Source of the DNA: a virus
Lineage: Duplodnaviria; Caudoviricetes
IMG/VR virus record: IMGVR_UViG_3300020471_000006
Span: 128,001-192,000 of that record
Reading direction: 5' to 3' (one strand)
DNA length: 64,000 bases
Shown here: in pieces, positions 35,405-45,557 of the stretch
How positions within the stretch are numbered: the stretch's first letter is position 1
Layout of the letters: every line of letters begins with the position of its first letter
The notes under the pieces: generated by a model
What the model saw: the letters and a program-made list of their open reading frames with translations, nothing else
Database searches by the model: none
Told to the model about the DNA's origin: nothing
Translations under genes and position numbers: made by a program

Positions 35405-37804
35405 ATGGCAAGTCAAATCTCGCCTGGTGTAGTTCTTAGAGAAAGAGATCTATCCAACGCAGTTGTTGTTGGCACATCAAGCCAAACAGCAGCATTTGCT
35501 TCAACTTTCCAGAAAGGTCCAATTGGTGAGGTTGTTTCAATCTCTGACCAAAAGGATTTACTTAGTGTATTCGGTAAACCAACTGATGCTAACGCAGAAG
35601 ACTGGTTTGTTGCATCTGAGTTTCTGGGATATGGTGGACAACTAGCAGTTGTTCGTGCAGAAACAGGAGCATCTAATGCTGTTGATACAGGTCCAACAGT
35701 TCTAGTTAAGAACATTGCTGATTGGGAAGGAGGAACAGGCTCGTCTAAAAAGTTTGTAGCACGTTCTGCTGGTACTCTAGGTAACTCACTTAAGGTAGTC
35801 GTTGTTGATAGTGGTGCTGATCAGTATCTAACATTCGCAGCAACACCAGCTGGTATCGGTGTCGATGACACAGTTACATTTACTGGTGGTGCAACAGCAA
35901 AAGTTCTTTCATGGGTTCCTGCAACCAAGACTGCTGCTGTGGTTCTAACAACCCCCTCTACTAAGATTACAACTTCTGACACATTAGACATTCCTGATAC
36001 AGGTGTTGCTGCAACAACTACAACACTAGTTGGTGGTACTGGATATACTGCTGGTACAGCAGTTGCTACAACTAACGGATCTGGATCTGGACTAACAGTT
36101 GATGTAGCAGTTGGAGCTGGTGTTCCAAGTGCAATCACACTTACATCTGGTGGTTCTGCTTATGCAACTGGTGCTAACATTGCTACTACAGGTGGCGGTG
36201 GTACAGGATTGACAGTTGACGTTGTTGTCGCTGGTGGTGTTGTTCAGACTGTAGCAATCAATACTGCTGGTACTGGATACACAGTTGGTGCAACAGTAAC
36301 AATCGTTGGTGGTGGTTCAAACGCAACATTTACAGTCGATGCAGCAACAGGTGCTGTAACTGCTGTTACAATCAACGCTGGTGGTACTGGATATCTTGTA
36401 GGAGATACAGTCACAGTTGCTGGTGGTGGTGCTGATGCAACATTCGACATCGCTTCTGTAACTGATACACAGATTGCAATCTCTGAGGTTAGTGACTGGT
36501 ATACCAACACAGAAATTGCTGGTACTGGACTTAAGTTGAGTGCAATCGGTCCTCGTCCTGGTACATCTGCATTCGCTGCTGATAGAAGTGTTTCTGGAGA
36601 CGAAGTGCATGTAGCAGTGATCGACACAACTGGTGATGTATCTGGTGCTTCTAGCACAATCGTTGAACGTCTTACATATCTTTCAAAACTCTCTGATGCA
36701 AAATCAACAGAGGGTGCAAATGTGTACTACAAGGCAATCATCAATGCTGAATCAAACTATGTCTATCATGGTGCTGCTTTAGCAACAACAGTATCTGGTG
36801 CTGTTTGGAACGCTGGTTCTGGTAGTGTATCTGGAGCACTTGCTATTGGTGGTGCTATCGAAACAACACTAACTGCTGGTGTTGATGACTATTCATATAC
36901 TGCTGGAGAAATTGCATCAGCATATGATGAGTTTGCTGATGATGAGAATACTGATGTTAACTTCATCCTCATGGGTGGATCACTAGGTACTGAATCAGAT
37001 ACAAAGACAAAGGCAGCTAAGGTACTTGCTATTGCAGCAGGTCGTAGGGACGCAATTGCATTTGTATCACCTTACAGAGGAAACCAAATCGGTACATCTG
37101 GTGCTTTGACTTCTAGACAACAGAAGGATAACACTCTTGGATTCTTCAGTGGACTAACCTCCACATCATATGGAGTATTCGATAGTGGATACAAGTACAT
37201 CTATGACCGCTTTAACGATGTATATCGTTACATCCCAACTAACGGAGACATTGCTGGTTTATGTGTTGCTACATCAACTGCAACAGATGACTGGTTCTCT
37301 CCTGCTGGTTTGACCAGAGGTGGAATTCGTAATGCTGTTAAACTAGCATACAACCCATCTAAGACAGATAGAGATGAACTTTATCAGAATAGAATCAACC
37401 CAGTTGTTTCTGTTGCTGGAAGTGGTATTACATTATTCGGTGACAAGACTGCTCTTGCTTCACCATCTGCATTTGACAGAATCAATGTTCGTAGATTATT
37501 CCTCAACATTGAGTCTAGAGTAGAGACCCTTGCCAAAGGTGTTCTATTCGAACTTAACGATGATCTTACACGTTCAAACTTCAGTGCTGCTGTTAACTCT
37601 TACTTGAATGAAGTTCAAGCAAGACAAGGTTTAACTGATTTCTTAGTTGTTTGTGATACATCCAATAACACACCTGATGTTATTGATCGCAATGAGTTTG
37701 TTGCAGAATTATTCCTGAAGCCAACTCGTTCAATCAACTACGTAACAGTTACATTTACTGCAACACGTACTGGTGTTTCGTTCGCTGAAGTAGTCGGACG
37801 CTAA
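35405..37804 (+). CDS. gp18: Tail sheath protein gp18 with Gly/Thr-rich insertion
   Basis: SPGVVLRERDLS, WFSPAG..RG, RDELYQNRINPV, FDRINVRRLFL, KPTRSINYV. Confidence 0.97.
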   Translation: MASQISPGVVLRERDLSNAVVVGTSSQTAAFASTFQKGPIGEVVSISDQKDLLSVFGKPTDANAEDWFVASEFLGYGGQLAVVRAETGASNAVDTGPTVLVKNIADWEGGTGSSKKFVARSAGTLGNSLKVVVVDSGADQYLTFAATPAGIGVDDTVTFTGGATAKVLSWVPATKTAAVVLTTPSTKITTSDTLDIPDTGVAATTTTLVGGTGYTAGTAVATTNGSGSGLTVDVAVGAGVPSAITLTSGGSAYATGANIATTGGGGTGLTVDVVVAGGVVQTVAINTAGTGYTVGATVTIVGGGSNATFTVDAATGAVTAVTINAGGTGYLVGDTVTVAGGGADATFDIASVTDTQIAISEVSDWYTNTEIAGTGLKLSAIGPRPGTSAFAADRSVSGDEVHVAVIDTTGDVSGASSTIVERLTYLSKLSDAKSTEGANVYYKAIINAESNYVYHGAALATTVSGAVWNAGSGSVSGALAIGGAIETTLTAGVDDYSYTAGEIASAYDEFADDENTDVNFILMGGSLGTESDTKTKAAKVLAIAAGRRDAIAFVSPYRGNQIGTSGALTSRQQKDNTLGFFSGLTSTSYGVFDSGYKYIYDRFNDVYRYIPTNGDIAGLCVATSTATDDWFSPAGLTRGGIRNAVKLAYNPSKTDRDELYQNRINPVVSVAGSGITLFGDKTALASPSAFDRINVRRLFLNIESRVETLAKGVLFELNDDLTRSNFSAAVNSYLNEVQARQGLTDFLVVCDTSNNTPDVIDRNEFVAELFLKPTRSINYVTVTFTATRTGVSFAEVVGR
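36032..36460 (+). repeat. Four ~36-aa GG(T/S)xY repeats inserted in gp18
   Basis: GGTGYTAG...LTVDV; GGSAYATG...LTVDV; AGTGYTVG...ATFTV; GGTGYLVG...ATFDI. Confidence 0.8.
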
Positions 37805-37841
37805 TTCGTTACACTAAATATAAACACAGAGGACAAGACTA

Positions 37842-38426
37842 ATGGCAAATATATCGAGTAACGTCTCAGAATTCCTGGCTAAGGTTGCTCAAGGTGTCAA
37901 ACCTAATATGTTTGAGGTGGAGATTGCATTTCCACTTCTAGGTTTACAAGTTGACAATAAACTTGTTAACATGATGTGTAAATCAGCAGCTCTACCTGCA
38001 TCTAGTCTAGGAACAATCGAAGTTCCTTTTAGAGGTAGGTCAGTTAAGATTGCTGGAGACCGCACATTTGATAACTGGACTGCAACCTTCATCAACGATA
38101 AGGACATGAAGACTCGTGGTTACTTTGAGACTTGGTTGAACAAGATGAACTCTCATGAGGGTAATACTGCTGAGGCATTCAACCCTGCTGAAGGAGGTCA
38201 ACGCTACACTGCTGATCTATTTGTTACACAAATAGAAAAAGACGCAAGCGAAAAGGGATCAAACTTAAGGAAGTACAAACTATGGTATGCATTTCCTGCT
38301 AGTGTTTCTCAGATCGACCTTGCTTATGACAGCAATGATCAGATTGAAGAGTTCACAGTTGAATTCCAATATTCATACTGGACAGTTGAAGAAGGTGATG
38401 CCAAGAATAGCGACATCATCAAATAA
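37842..38426 (+). CDS. gp19: Tail tube protein gp19
   Basis: IEVPFRGR.VKIAGDRTFD.WT.T.IND, IEEFTVEFQY.YW. Confidence 0.96.
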   Translation: MANISSNVSEFLAKVAQGVKPNMFEVEIAFPLLGLQVDNKLVNMMCKSAALPASSLGTIEVPFRGRSVKIAGDRTFDNWTATFINDKDMKTRGYFETWLNKMNSHEGNTAEAFNPAEGGQRYTADLFVTQIEKDASEKGSNLRKYKLWYAFPASVSQIDLAYDSNDQIEEFTVEFQYSYWTVEEGDAKNSDIIK

Positions 38427-38443
38427 TAGACTTTTTTCTATCG

Positions 38444-38451
38444 TATAAATA
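38444..38451 (+). promoter_or_regulatory. Late promoter TATAAATA
   Basis: Exact consensus before gp20. Confidence 0.8.
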
Positions 38452-38478
38452 CTTGCGGTAGTAAAAAACTTTAATATT

Positions 38479-40200
38479 ATGAGTCAGTTATTTGGCTTTC
38501 AAATTAATAGGAAGAAGGAACTGAAGGGTCAATCTCCAGTTCCTCCTTCTGCTGACGAGCCCGTTGCAGTAGCTGCAGGGGGCTATTTTGGTACTTATGT
38601 CGATATGGACAACAGTGCCAGAGATGAGTTTGAACTCATTCGTCGTTATAGAGACATGGCTCTCCACCCAGAGGTGGATAGTGCTGTCGATGAAATTGTG
38701 AATGAATTTGTAGTCAATGATACAAATGATAGTTGTGTAGAGATCAACTTAGATAACCTTGAAGTTGGAAAGGGTGTCAAGAATAAGATCCGTGATGAGT
38801 TTGATCATATAAAACAACTACTCAATTTTGAGAAGAGAGCACATGAGCTTATTCGAAATTGGTATGTAGATGGTAAACTAATTTACCACAAAGTAATAGA
38901 CCTTGCTAATCCAAAGAAGGGTATCTTAGAACTGAGATATATTGATCCCCTTAAGATCAAGAAGGTCAGACAAAAATTATCAAGCAACAATAGAACACTA
39001 ACTCCAGAGGAGAAACAATCCGCTAAAGCATATGAGTGGGGTGAGTTTGTAGACTATTGGTTATACAATCCTAGAGGATACCTCAGAGGTGGTGCTCTTG
39101 GTCCTGTTGGTGATATGTCCAACAATCAAGGTATCAAGATTGCTGTTGACTCAATCACCTTTGTTAATTCTGGACTACAGGATTTAAACAAAAGACTTAT
39201 TCTAAGTTTCTTACATAAAGCAATCAAATCCTTAAACCAATTGAGGATGATTGAGGATGCTCTTGTAATCTATAGATTATCACGTGCTCCAGAACGTAGA
39301 ATATTTTACATCGATGTAGGTAACCTTCCAAAAGTAAAAGCGGAACAATACCTTCGTGATGTAATGGCACGTTACCGTAACAAACTAGTCTACGATGCAA
39401 AGACTGGTGAGATACGTGACGACAAAAAGCATATGAGTATGCTAGAAGATTTTTGGTTACCTCGTAGAGAGGGTGGTCGTGGAACTGAGATCACCACCTT
39501 ACCTGGTGGACAGAATCTAGGAGAACTCAAGGATGTTGAGTACTTTAGGAAGAAACTTTATAATAGCCTCAATCTTCCTCCTTCCAGGCTCACAGATGAC
39601 AACAAGGGATTCAACTTGGGTAAAACCACTGAAGTCCTTAGAGACGAGCTTAAGTTCACCAAGTTCATTGGACGTTTACGTAAAAGATTTGGAGAACTAT
39701 TCCTCGATATACTCAAGACTCAACTTATTCTCAAGGGAGTAATTACTCCTGAAGATTGGGATGATATGCAGGAGCATATTCAGTGGGACTGGCTCTTTGA
39801 TAATCATTTCAATGAGTTGAAAGAACTTGAGATGGTTACTCAGAGAATGGCAATGGTTGCACAGATGGATCCATTTGTAGGTAAGTATTTCTCTGTCGAA
39901 CATATCCGTAGAAACATTCTACAACAGAACGAAACAGAATATAAGGAACTTGATAAGCAGATGAATGCAGAGATCGAATCTGGTCTTGCTATGGATCCTA
40001 TTGATGTCACTACATTGGATACAATGGATCGTCAAAACATTGCTTACCAACCAGAGATTGATGCTGCTGCACAGGACAATCAAGCAGTGTTAGATCAGGC
40101 AAGAGCTGATGATGATCACAAGAAAGAACTACAGAAAATCAAGGCCCAGCCTAAACCAGTTGCTGCCTCCGCATCTAAACCTAAGAAAACAACTAAATAA
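38479..40200 (+). CDS. gp20: Portal protein gp20
   Basis: IYRLSRAPERRIFYIDVGNLPK.KAEQYL, MLEDFWLPRREGGRGTEITTLPGGQNLG. Confidence 0.97.
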   Translation: MSQLFGFQINRKKELKGQSPVPPSADEPVAVAAGGYFGTYVDMDNSARDEFELIRRYRDMALHPEVDSAVDEIVNEFVVNDTNDSCVEINLDNLEVGKGVKNKIRDEFDHIKQLLNFEKRAHELIRNWYVDGKLIYHKVIDLANPKKGILELRYIDPLKIKKVRQKLSSNNRTLTPEEKQSAKAYEWGEFVDYWLYNPRGYLRGGALGPVGDMSNNQGIKIAVDSITFVNSGLQDLNKRLILSFLHKAIKSLNQLRMIEDALVIYRLSRAPERRIFYIDVGNLPKVKAEQYLRDVMARYRNKLVYDAKTGEIRDDKKHMSMLEDFWLPRREGGRGTEITTLPGGQNLGELKDVEYFRKKLYNSLNLPPSRLTDDNKGFNLGKTTEVLRDELKFTKFIGRLRKRFGELFLDILKTQLILKGVITPEDWDDMQEHIQWDWLFDNHFNELKELEMVTQRMAMVAQMDPFVGKYFSVEHIRRNILQQNETEYKELDKQMNAEIESGLAMDPIDVTTLDTMDRQNIAYQPEIDAAAQDNQAVLDQARADDDHKKELQKIKAQPKPVAASASKPKKTTK

Positions 40201-40221
40201 TAAACACACTATGTAATTATT

Positions 40222-40452
40222 ATGGCAGATCCAGTAACAGATCCAGTGGAACAACCACCCGAAGCGGTGCTTGATACTGCTGATTTGATATCGAATAATA
40301 AAAGGGCTGAAGCGATTGACGCTATACAAGATTTATTGTATGCACGTGCAGCAGATGCTATGGGGTCTTATAAGAAGACTGTAGCAAATACATTTTTCGA
40401 TGAACCAAAGGTAGAGGAACCATCTAATGAAACTGATAACGGAACAAATTGA
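40222..40452 (+). CDS. Small prohead-core-region protein
   Basis: Located between gp20 and gp21, with a TAAATA upstream. Confidence 0.7.
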   Translation: MADPVTDPVEQPPEAVLDTADLISNNKRAEAIDAIQDLLYARAADAMGSYKKTVANTFFDEPKVEEPSNETDNGTN

Positions 40453-41071
40453 AAACGTTAATGTAATTAGCGAAGGTAAAGGTGATTCTAAAAAGTTGTA
40501 TATTGAGGGAGTATTCCTTCAGTCTGAACTAAAGAATCGCAATGGACGTATGTATCCATTCTCAGTTCTTGAGAAAGAGGTAAACAGATACAATGAAGAG
40601 TACATTAAAACATCACGTGCTCTTGGCGAGTTGGGTCATCCTGATGGTCCTACTGTTAACCTTGACCGTGTTTCCCACCGAATCACATCGCTTTCTGCTG
40701 AAGGTAATAACTTCATCGGAAAAGCACAAATCCTAGACACCCCAATGGGTAAGATTGCTAAGTCACTCCTAGAAGATGGAGTTAAGCTTGGTGTTTCATC
40801 TAGAGGTATGGGATCAATTGATAAGCAAGAAGATGTTAATGTCGTCATGGATGACTTCATGCTTGCTACAGCAGCAGACATAGTTGCTGATCCCTCCGCA
40901 CCCGATGCTTTCGTGAATGGAATCATGGAAGGTAAAGAGTGGGCTTGGGATAATGGCATACTTAAGGAGACGAAGGTTGCTAAATATAAGAGTTACATAG
41001 ACGATGCTACTCGTCAGAACCTAGAGGAAAGAACACTTGAAGTGTTTAATAACTTCCTACAAGGCTTGTAA
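40427..41071 (+). CDS. gp21: Prohead protease gp21
   Basis: NRNGRMYP, ALGELGHP, LGVSSRGMGS, DIVADPSAPDAFV. Confidence 0.96.
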   Translation: MKLITEQIENVNVISEGKGDSKKLYIEGVFLQSELKNRNGRMYPFSVLEKEVNRYNEEYIKTSRALGELGHPDGPTVNLDRVSHRITSLSAEGNNFIGKAQILDTPMGKIAKSLLEDGVKLGVSSRGMGSIDKQEDVNVVMDDFMLATAADIVADPSAPDAFVNGIMEGKEWAWDNGILKETKVAKYKSYIDDATRQNLEERTLEVFNNFLQGL

Positions 41072-41073
41072 TT

Positions 41074-41081
41074 AATAAATA
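41074..41081 (+). promoter_or_regulatory. Late promoter variant AATAAATA
   Basis: Intergenic, before gp22. Confidence 0.7.
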
Positions 41082-41114
41082 AACTATAGATAATTCAAAT
41101 TTACGGGAAGACTA

Positions 41115-42278
41115 ATGTCAGACATGTTAAACGAAAAGTTTGAGGAATTCGCATCTGAGCAGAAGGATGTTCTCAAAGAATATCAAGATCCTATGCCAAC
41201 AGTTACTGCAACTGTTATACCTGGTACAGGTAGCGATCCAACTCAGGTTTCGGGTGATCCCCAACAGAAAGGTACAGGTAAAGATGAACCATCTGGTTCT
41301 TCACCAACAGTACCACCATCAGTTGCTAATGGTCAATCAGTAAATGACTTGGGAGGATCATCTACACCACCACTTCATGCTAAGAAGGAAAAGGGTGAAG
41401 AAAATCCTGGTGCTAAGGCAGCAGCTCCTATCTCTCAAGATAGTAGTGCATCATCTCCATCTGGTAAGGGTGGTGACGAAGCTGGTGCTAACAGTCTTGG
41501 TGCTGAAATTACACACGGAACTTCTAAAGGTCCAGATGTACAGTACCCAATCAAACCATCGTTTGAAGAAGTTGAATTATCTGACGACGTAAAAGCCCTC
41601 CTAGAGGGAACAGAACTCTCTGAAGAGTTTGCTGAGAAAGCCAAGACAATTTTTGAGGCTGCTGTGAAAGCAAAACTCAAGGAAGAGTACGACAAGCTTG
41701 TAGAACACTTTACCAAAGAGCATGAAGAAAAGCTCGCTGCTGCTAAGGCAGAACTCAATGAAGAGGTTAATGGTACAGTTAACTACGCCGTGAATCAATG
41801 GTTAGAAGAGAACCAACTCGCCGTTGATCGTGGAATCAGAAATGAGATTACAGAAGACTTTATTTCAGGTCTGAAGAATCTCTTTGAAGAGCACTACATC
41901 TCTATCCCCGATGACAAAGTGGATGCGGTAGAGAGTATGGCTACATCTATTCGTGAGATGGAAGAAAGACTTGACGAACAGGTCAAGGCTAATGTGAAAC
42001 TTCAGAATCGTCTTAACGAGTCTGCAAAAACTGTAATTCTGAAACAAGTTTCAGAAGGATTGGCAGATACTCAGAAGGACAAACTATCAGCTCTCGCTGA
42101 GGGTGTTGAGTTTAAGTCTGAGGAGGAATACTCCAAGAAACTCAATACTATTAAAGAGTCATATTTCCCTAAAGAAAAGGCTCAAGTCAGCGAAGTATCT
42201 GACGAAACACCAGTAGAAGCAGAAGATGTTACACCAGCAATGGGTAGCTATCTAGACGCTTTGAATCGCTGGAATTGA
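41115..42278 (+). CDS. gp22: Prohead core scaffold gp22
   Basis: LSEEFAEKAKTIFEAAV, EDFISGLKNLF.EHYI.IP, acidic coiled-coil composition. Confidence 0.93.
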   Translation: MSDMLNEKFEEFASEQKDVLKEYQDPMPTVTATVIPGTGSDPTQVSGDPQQKGTGKDEPSGSSPTVPPSVANGQSVNDLGGSSTPPLHAKKEKGEENPGAKAAAPISQDSSASSPSGKGGDEAGANSLGAEITHGTSKGPDVQYPIKPSFEEVELSDDVKALLEGTELSEEFAEKAKTIFEAAVKAKLKEEYDKLVEHFTKEHEEKLAAAKAELNEEVNGTVNYAVNQWLEENQLAVDRGIRNEITEDFISGLKNLFEEHYISIPDDKVDAVESMATSIREMEERLDEQVKANVKLQNRLNESAKTVILKQVSEGLADTQKDKLSALAEGVEFKSEEEYSKKLNTIKESYFPKEKAQVSEVSDETPVEAEDVTPAMGSYLDALNRWN

Positions 42279-42314
42279 TTTTAATAATATAAAACACTTT
42301 TATAGAGTAAACAA

Positions 42315-43697
42315 ATGTTTAACGCTAAAGCTCTAACAGAAAAGTGGTCACCTGTTCTGGGTCATGAAGGGTCTACTCCCATCAAAGACAACTATAGAAA
42401 GGCTGTAACTGCTGTACTGTTAGAAAACCAAGAGAAATTCCTACGTGAAGAGCGTGGAATGCTAAACGAGGTAGCAGTTAACGCTGCTGGTGCTATCGGA
42501 ACAAACGCACTTTCTGGTAGTGGACTCGACACTAAGACAGGTGGATTAGCTGGTTTCGACCCAGTTCTAATCAGCTTGATTCGTCGTGCTATGCCTAACC
42601 TAGTTGCATACGATATCTGCGGTGTACAACCAATGAGTGGTCCTACTGGACTTATCTTCGCAATGAAGGCACACTACGAAACACGTACTGGCCCCGAAGC
42701 ATTATTCAACGAGCCAGATTCAAACTTCTCTGCTGGATCAGATAACACTAAGGGTGCATACAACCCTGCTAATGATGCAACAGATGGTTCGAACCCTGCT
42801 CTACTTAATGACGCATCACCTGGAACTTATGAGCGTGGTGTTAAGCCAATGGCTCGTAACGTTGCTGAAGAATTGGGAGAAACAACTCAGTTCCGTGAGA
42901 TGGCATTCAGCATTGAGAAGACTGCTGTGACTGCACAGTCCAGAGCCCTCAAGGCAGAGTACACTCTAGAACTAGCCCAAGACTTGAAAGCTATTCACGG
43001 TCTAGATGCAGAGCAAGAACTTGCTAACATTCTTTCTAGTGAGATCCTTGCTGAAATCAACCGTGAGGTTGTACGTACTGTATACACAATCGCTAAGCCT
43101 GGTGCTGCTAACAACGTAGCAAACGCTGGACGCTTTGACCTTGACGTAGACAGTAATGGAAGATGGTCAGTTGAGAAATTCAAAGGACTTATGTTCCAAG
43201 TCGAAAGAGATGCCAACGCAATCGCACAGGAAACTCGTCGTGGGAAGGGTAACTTCATCGTCACATCTGCTGACGTTGCTAGTGCTCTTGCTATGTCTGG
43301 TACTCTAGACTACTCTTCAGGTCTTACTGGTGCTGGTGGTCCTTCCATCGGTGAAGTCGATGACACTGGAAACCTACTTGTAGGTACAATGAACGGACGT
43401 ATTAAGGTATACGTTGATCCTTATTCTGCAAACATTGCTGACAAGCATTACTACGTTGTAGGATACAAAGGAACTTCTCCTTATGACGCTGGTCTGTTCT
43501 ACTGCCCTTATGTTCCTCTCCAAATGGTAAGAAGCATAGGTCCAGACACCTTCCAGCCCAAGATTGGATTTAAGACACGTTATGGCATGGTTGCAAACCC
43601 ATTTGTAACACAGGCTAACGGTACACCTGATGCAGAAACACTTACTGCTAACAGGAACCAGTACTACAGACGTGTTCAGGTTGAGAACCTAATGTAA
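42315..43697 (+). CDS. gp23: Major capsid protein gp23
   Basis: ISLIRRAMPNL.AYDICGVQPM.GPTGLIFA, SRALKAEYTLELAQDLKAIHGLDAE, FQPKIGFKTRYG. Confidence 0.98.
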   Translation: MFNAKALTEKWSPVLGHEGSTPIKDNYRKAVTAVLLENQEKFLREERGMLNEVAVNAAGAIGTNALSGSGLDTKTGGLAGFDPVLISLIRRAMPNLVAYDICGVQPMSGPTGLIFAMKAHYETRTGPEALFNEPDSNFSAGSDNTKGAYNPANDATDGSNPALLNDASPGTYERGVKPMARNVAEELGETTQFREMAFSIEKTAVTAQSRALKAEYTLELAQDLKAIHGLDAEQELANILSSEILAEINREVVRTVYTIAKPGAANNVANAGRFDLDVDSNGRWSVEKFKGLMFQVERDANAIAQETRRGKGNFIVTSADVASALAMSGTLDYSSGLTGAGGPSIGEVDDTGNLLVGTMNGRIKVYVDPYSANIADKHYYVVGYKGTSPYDAGLFYCPYVPLQMVRSIGPDTFQPKIGFKTRYGMVANPFVTQANGTPDAETLTANRNQYYRRVQVENLM

Positions 43698-43721
43698 ATT
43701 TTGGTCACGAGATCATCACTG

Positions 43722-43748
43722 AGGGGAGCCTAAGGGTTCCCCTTTTTT
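43722..43748 (+). terminator. Rho-independent terminator after gp23
   Basis: AGGGGAGCC-TAAG-GGTTCCCCT plus T run. Confidence 0.88.
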
Positions 43749-43786
43749 ATTAAATATAGTATAATATGAATAGATGAGCCCACCTA

Positions 43787-43951
43787 ATGAATGGTAGACT
43801 TAGCAAAGTTGACATGACATCTAGACTTTTGAAAATCAAAAGCGGTATTGCCACTAAACAATGGCATCGTGAATGGAATGATAAAGAAAGATGGGCAGCA
43901 CAACAAGCACTAAACGACGCACTGGACATTCTCGATGAGTACCACTACTGA
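43787..43951 (+). CDS. Small hypothetical protein (not in ORF track)
   Basis: MNGRLSKVDMTSRLLKIK...DEYHY, 54 aa; TATAAT at 43760-43765 upstream. Confidence 0.65.
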   Translation: MNGRLSKVDMTSRLLKIKSGIATKQWHREWNDKERWAAQQALNDALDILDEYHY

Positions 43952-44189
43952 ACCACTAATTTTTAATCCGAATGGATTTAATCCTGCTGATGCAGAAAAG
44001 ATTCCTCTAACAGATGAAATCTTAGAATTGAGAACCTTTCTCATGACAACCTTAGTTGATGTTGATGTACCTGTAGCAGCAAACCTTTATAGGTTCTGTG
44101 ATTGGTGGATCTTAACTCAAGATCACGGCATAGCAAGTGATCCAAATGCAGAAACAAATATCAAAAAAGCATATGCGACTTTTAAGTAG
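43935..44189 (+). CDS. Hypothetical protein
   Basis: 84 aa with short overlaps to both neighbours. Confidence 0.65.
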   Translation: MSTTTEPLIFNPNGFNPADAEKIPLTDEILELRTFLMTTLVDVDVPVAANLYRFCDWWILTQDHGIASDPNAETNIKKAYATFK

Positions 44190-44385
44190 TTACTACAGTG
44201 TCGATGAAGTACGACACGCAAAAGTCTTTGCGATAGAAGACTTTGATCAGAGACCATATCAGTATAGGGTTTACACTACAGATCCTAAAAATAATAATGC
44301 CTTTGCTGGACAAATTCCATTCAAAGATTTTATACATACAAATGAAGCAGAGGATTTTGCTGAGGACTGGGTGCAAAGGTATTAA
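44173..44385 (+). CDS. Hypothetical protein
   Basis: MRLLSSYYS...FAEDWVQRY; start moved from track position 44137. Confidence 0.65.
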   Translation: MRLLSSYYSVDEVRHAKVFAIEDFDQRPYQYRVYTTDPKNNNAFAGQIPFKDFIHTNEAEDFAEDWVQRY

Positions 44386-44553
44386 ATGAATCCATTTTAT
44401 AAAGTGTTGATGGGAATTGGTATACCAGGAACAGTTGCTTCCGTGGTAATCATAGTTAATGCTTTAAAACGGAAAGTTAATCCTGAGATATCTGATGAAG
44501 AGTACCAAGTACAATGGGGTAATGGAGCACCCGATCAGTATAAGGATAAATAG
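44386..44553 (+). CDS. Small membrane-anchored hypothetical protein (not in ORF track)
   Basis: TAA-ATG abutting; 55 aa with hydrophobic LMGIGIPGTVASVVIIVNAL. Confidence 0.55.
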   Translation: MNPFYKVLMGIGIPGTVASVVIIVNALKRKVNPEISDEEYQVQWGNGAPDQYKDK

Positions 44554-44574
44554 TTAATAGCTTGGGAAGTTGAT

Positions 44575-45087
44575 GTGGCTGCTGAATGGTATAAAGAACA
44601 ACCTACAAATAGAAATTTTCTATCCCCAGTAGGGTTTCAGTTTGATCTGGAACTCTTTTCGGGGGTAGATTTTTTCTGTCAGTCAGTAAATCTTCCTGAC
44701 ATTAGTATGCCTGTTGCTGAGATTCCTAATAAATTTCGTTCCATACCTTTACCTGGTAGTGGTGGCGTACAGTTTGGTGATCTAAACGTACAATTTTTAA
44801 TCGATGAAGATCTTAAGAACTACATGTCAATACAAAATTGGATTAGGGACTTCGGACTCACAGAAGGTCATGCATCTGGGTTGGATAAAACTTCAAGAGG
44901 AAGAATCCAAGTTCTTACCTCTAATTTTAATGGGAATTTCTACGTCAACTTTGAGGAGCTATTCCCTATAGCATTAACAGGTGTTAACTTTGATGCTACC
45001 CCTTCAGACATTGATTATGTAACTGCAACAGCAGTTTTTAAATACACAAGATATAACGTACAGACAGAGACTGGAACTAATTTATGA
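44575..45087 (+). CDS. gp3: Tail completion protein gp3
   Basis: NFLSP.GF, FFCQ.VNLP, FLIDEDL.NY, F..LFPI.L, F.YT.Y; GTG start; ATAAATA at 44546-44552. Confidence 0.88.
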   Translation: MAAEWYKEQPTNRNFLSPVGFQFDLELFSGVDFFCQSVNLPDISMPVAEIPNKFRSIPLPGSGGVQFGDLNVQFLIDEDLKNYMSIQNWIRDFGLTEGHASGLDKTSRGRIQVLTSNFNGNFYVNFEELFPIALTGVNFDATPSDIDYVTATAVFKYTRYNVQTETGTNL

Positions 45088-45557
45088 ATTTTGAATCCCT
45101 TCGTAATAAATTTGACAAACTAAGAGAAGAGTGGACAGAAGATAGTCATGTAGACTTTCAGTTCAAGAATAAACAATACAGTGCTGACCTAGCACAGGTC
45201 GCACTTGACATTCCCTTCTGCCATAATAAATATTTAAACCACTATACTGATATTTCTCAGATTAAAACCTCACTTGAATTTGAATTTCGTAAACTAGTTA
45301 GAGACAAGCGTGAGTACTATGGAGGCGAGTCTGACGCAAAGGTCTATGCCGAAAAACCATTTGGCGGTAGGATCTCAACTCAAGATAAGATGAAAGTCTA
45401 TGTAGAGTCTGATGATGAAGTCATCAATCTAGAAGCGAAAATTAAATACCTAGATCAAATGCTTTATTGGTTGGATCAGGTAATGAAACAAATATCAAAT
45501 AGAGGCTTCCAAGTTAAGAGTGCTATCGAGTGGGAGAAATTTGTTAATGGACAATGA
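45084..45557 (+). CDS. uvsY: Recombination mediator UvsY
   Basis: HNKYLNHY, R.F..K.AIEW.KF..G; canonical position. Confidence 0.85.
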   Translation: MNFESLRNKFDKLREEWTEDSHVDFQFKNKQYSADLAQVALDIPFCHNKYLNHYTDISQIKTSLEFEFRKLVRDKREYYGGESDAKVYAEKPFGGRISTQDKMKVYVESDDEVINLEAKIKYLDQMLYWLDQVMKQISNRGFQVKSAIEWEKFVNGQ

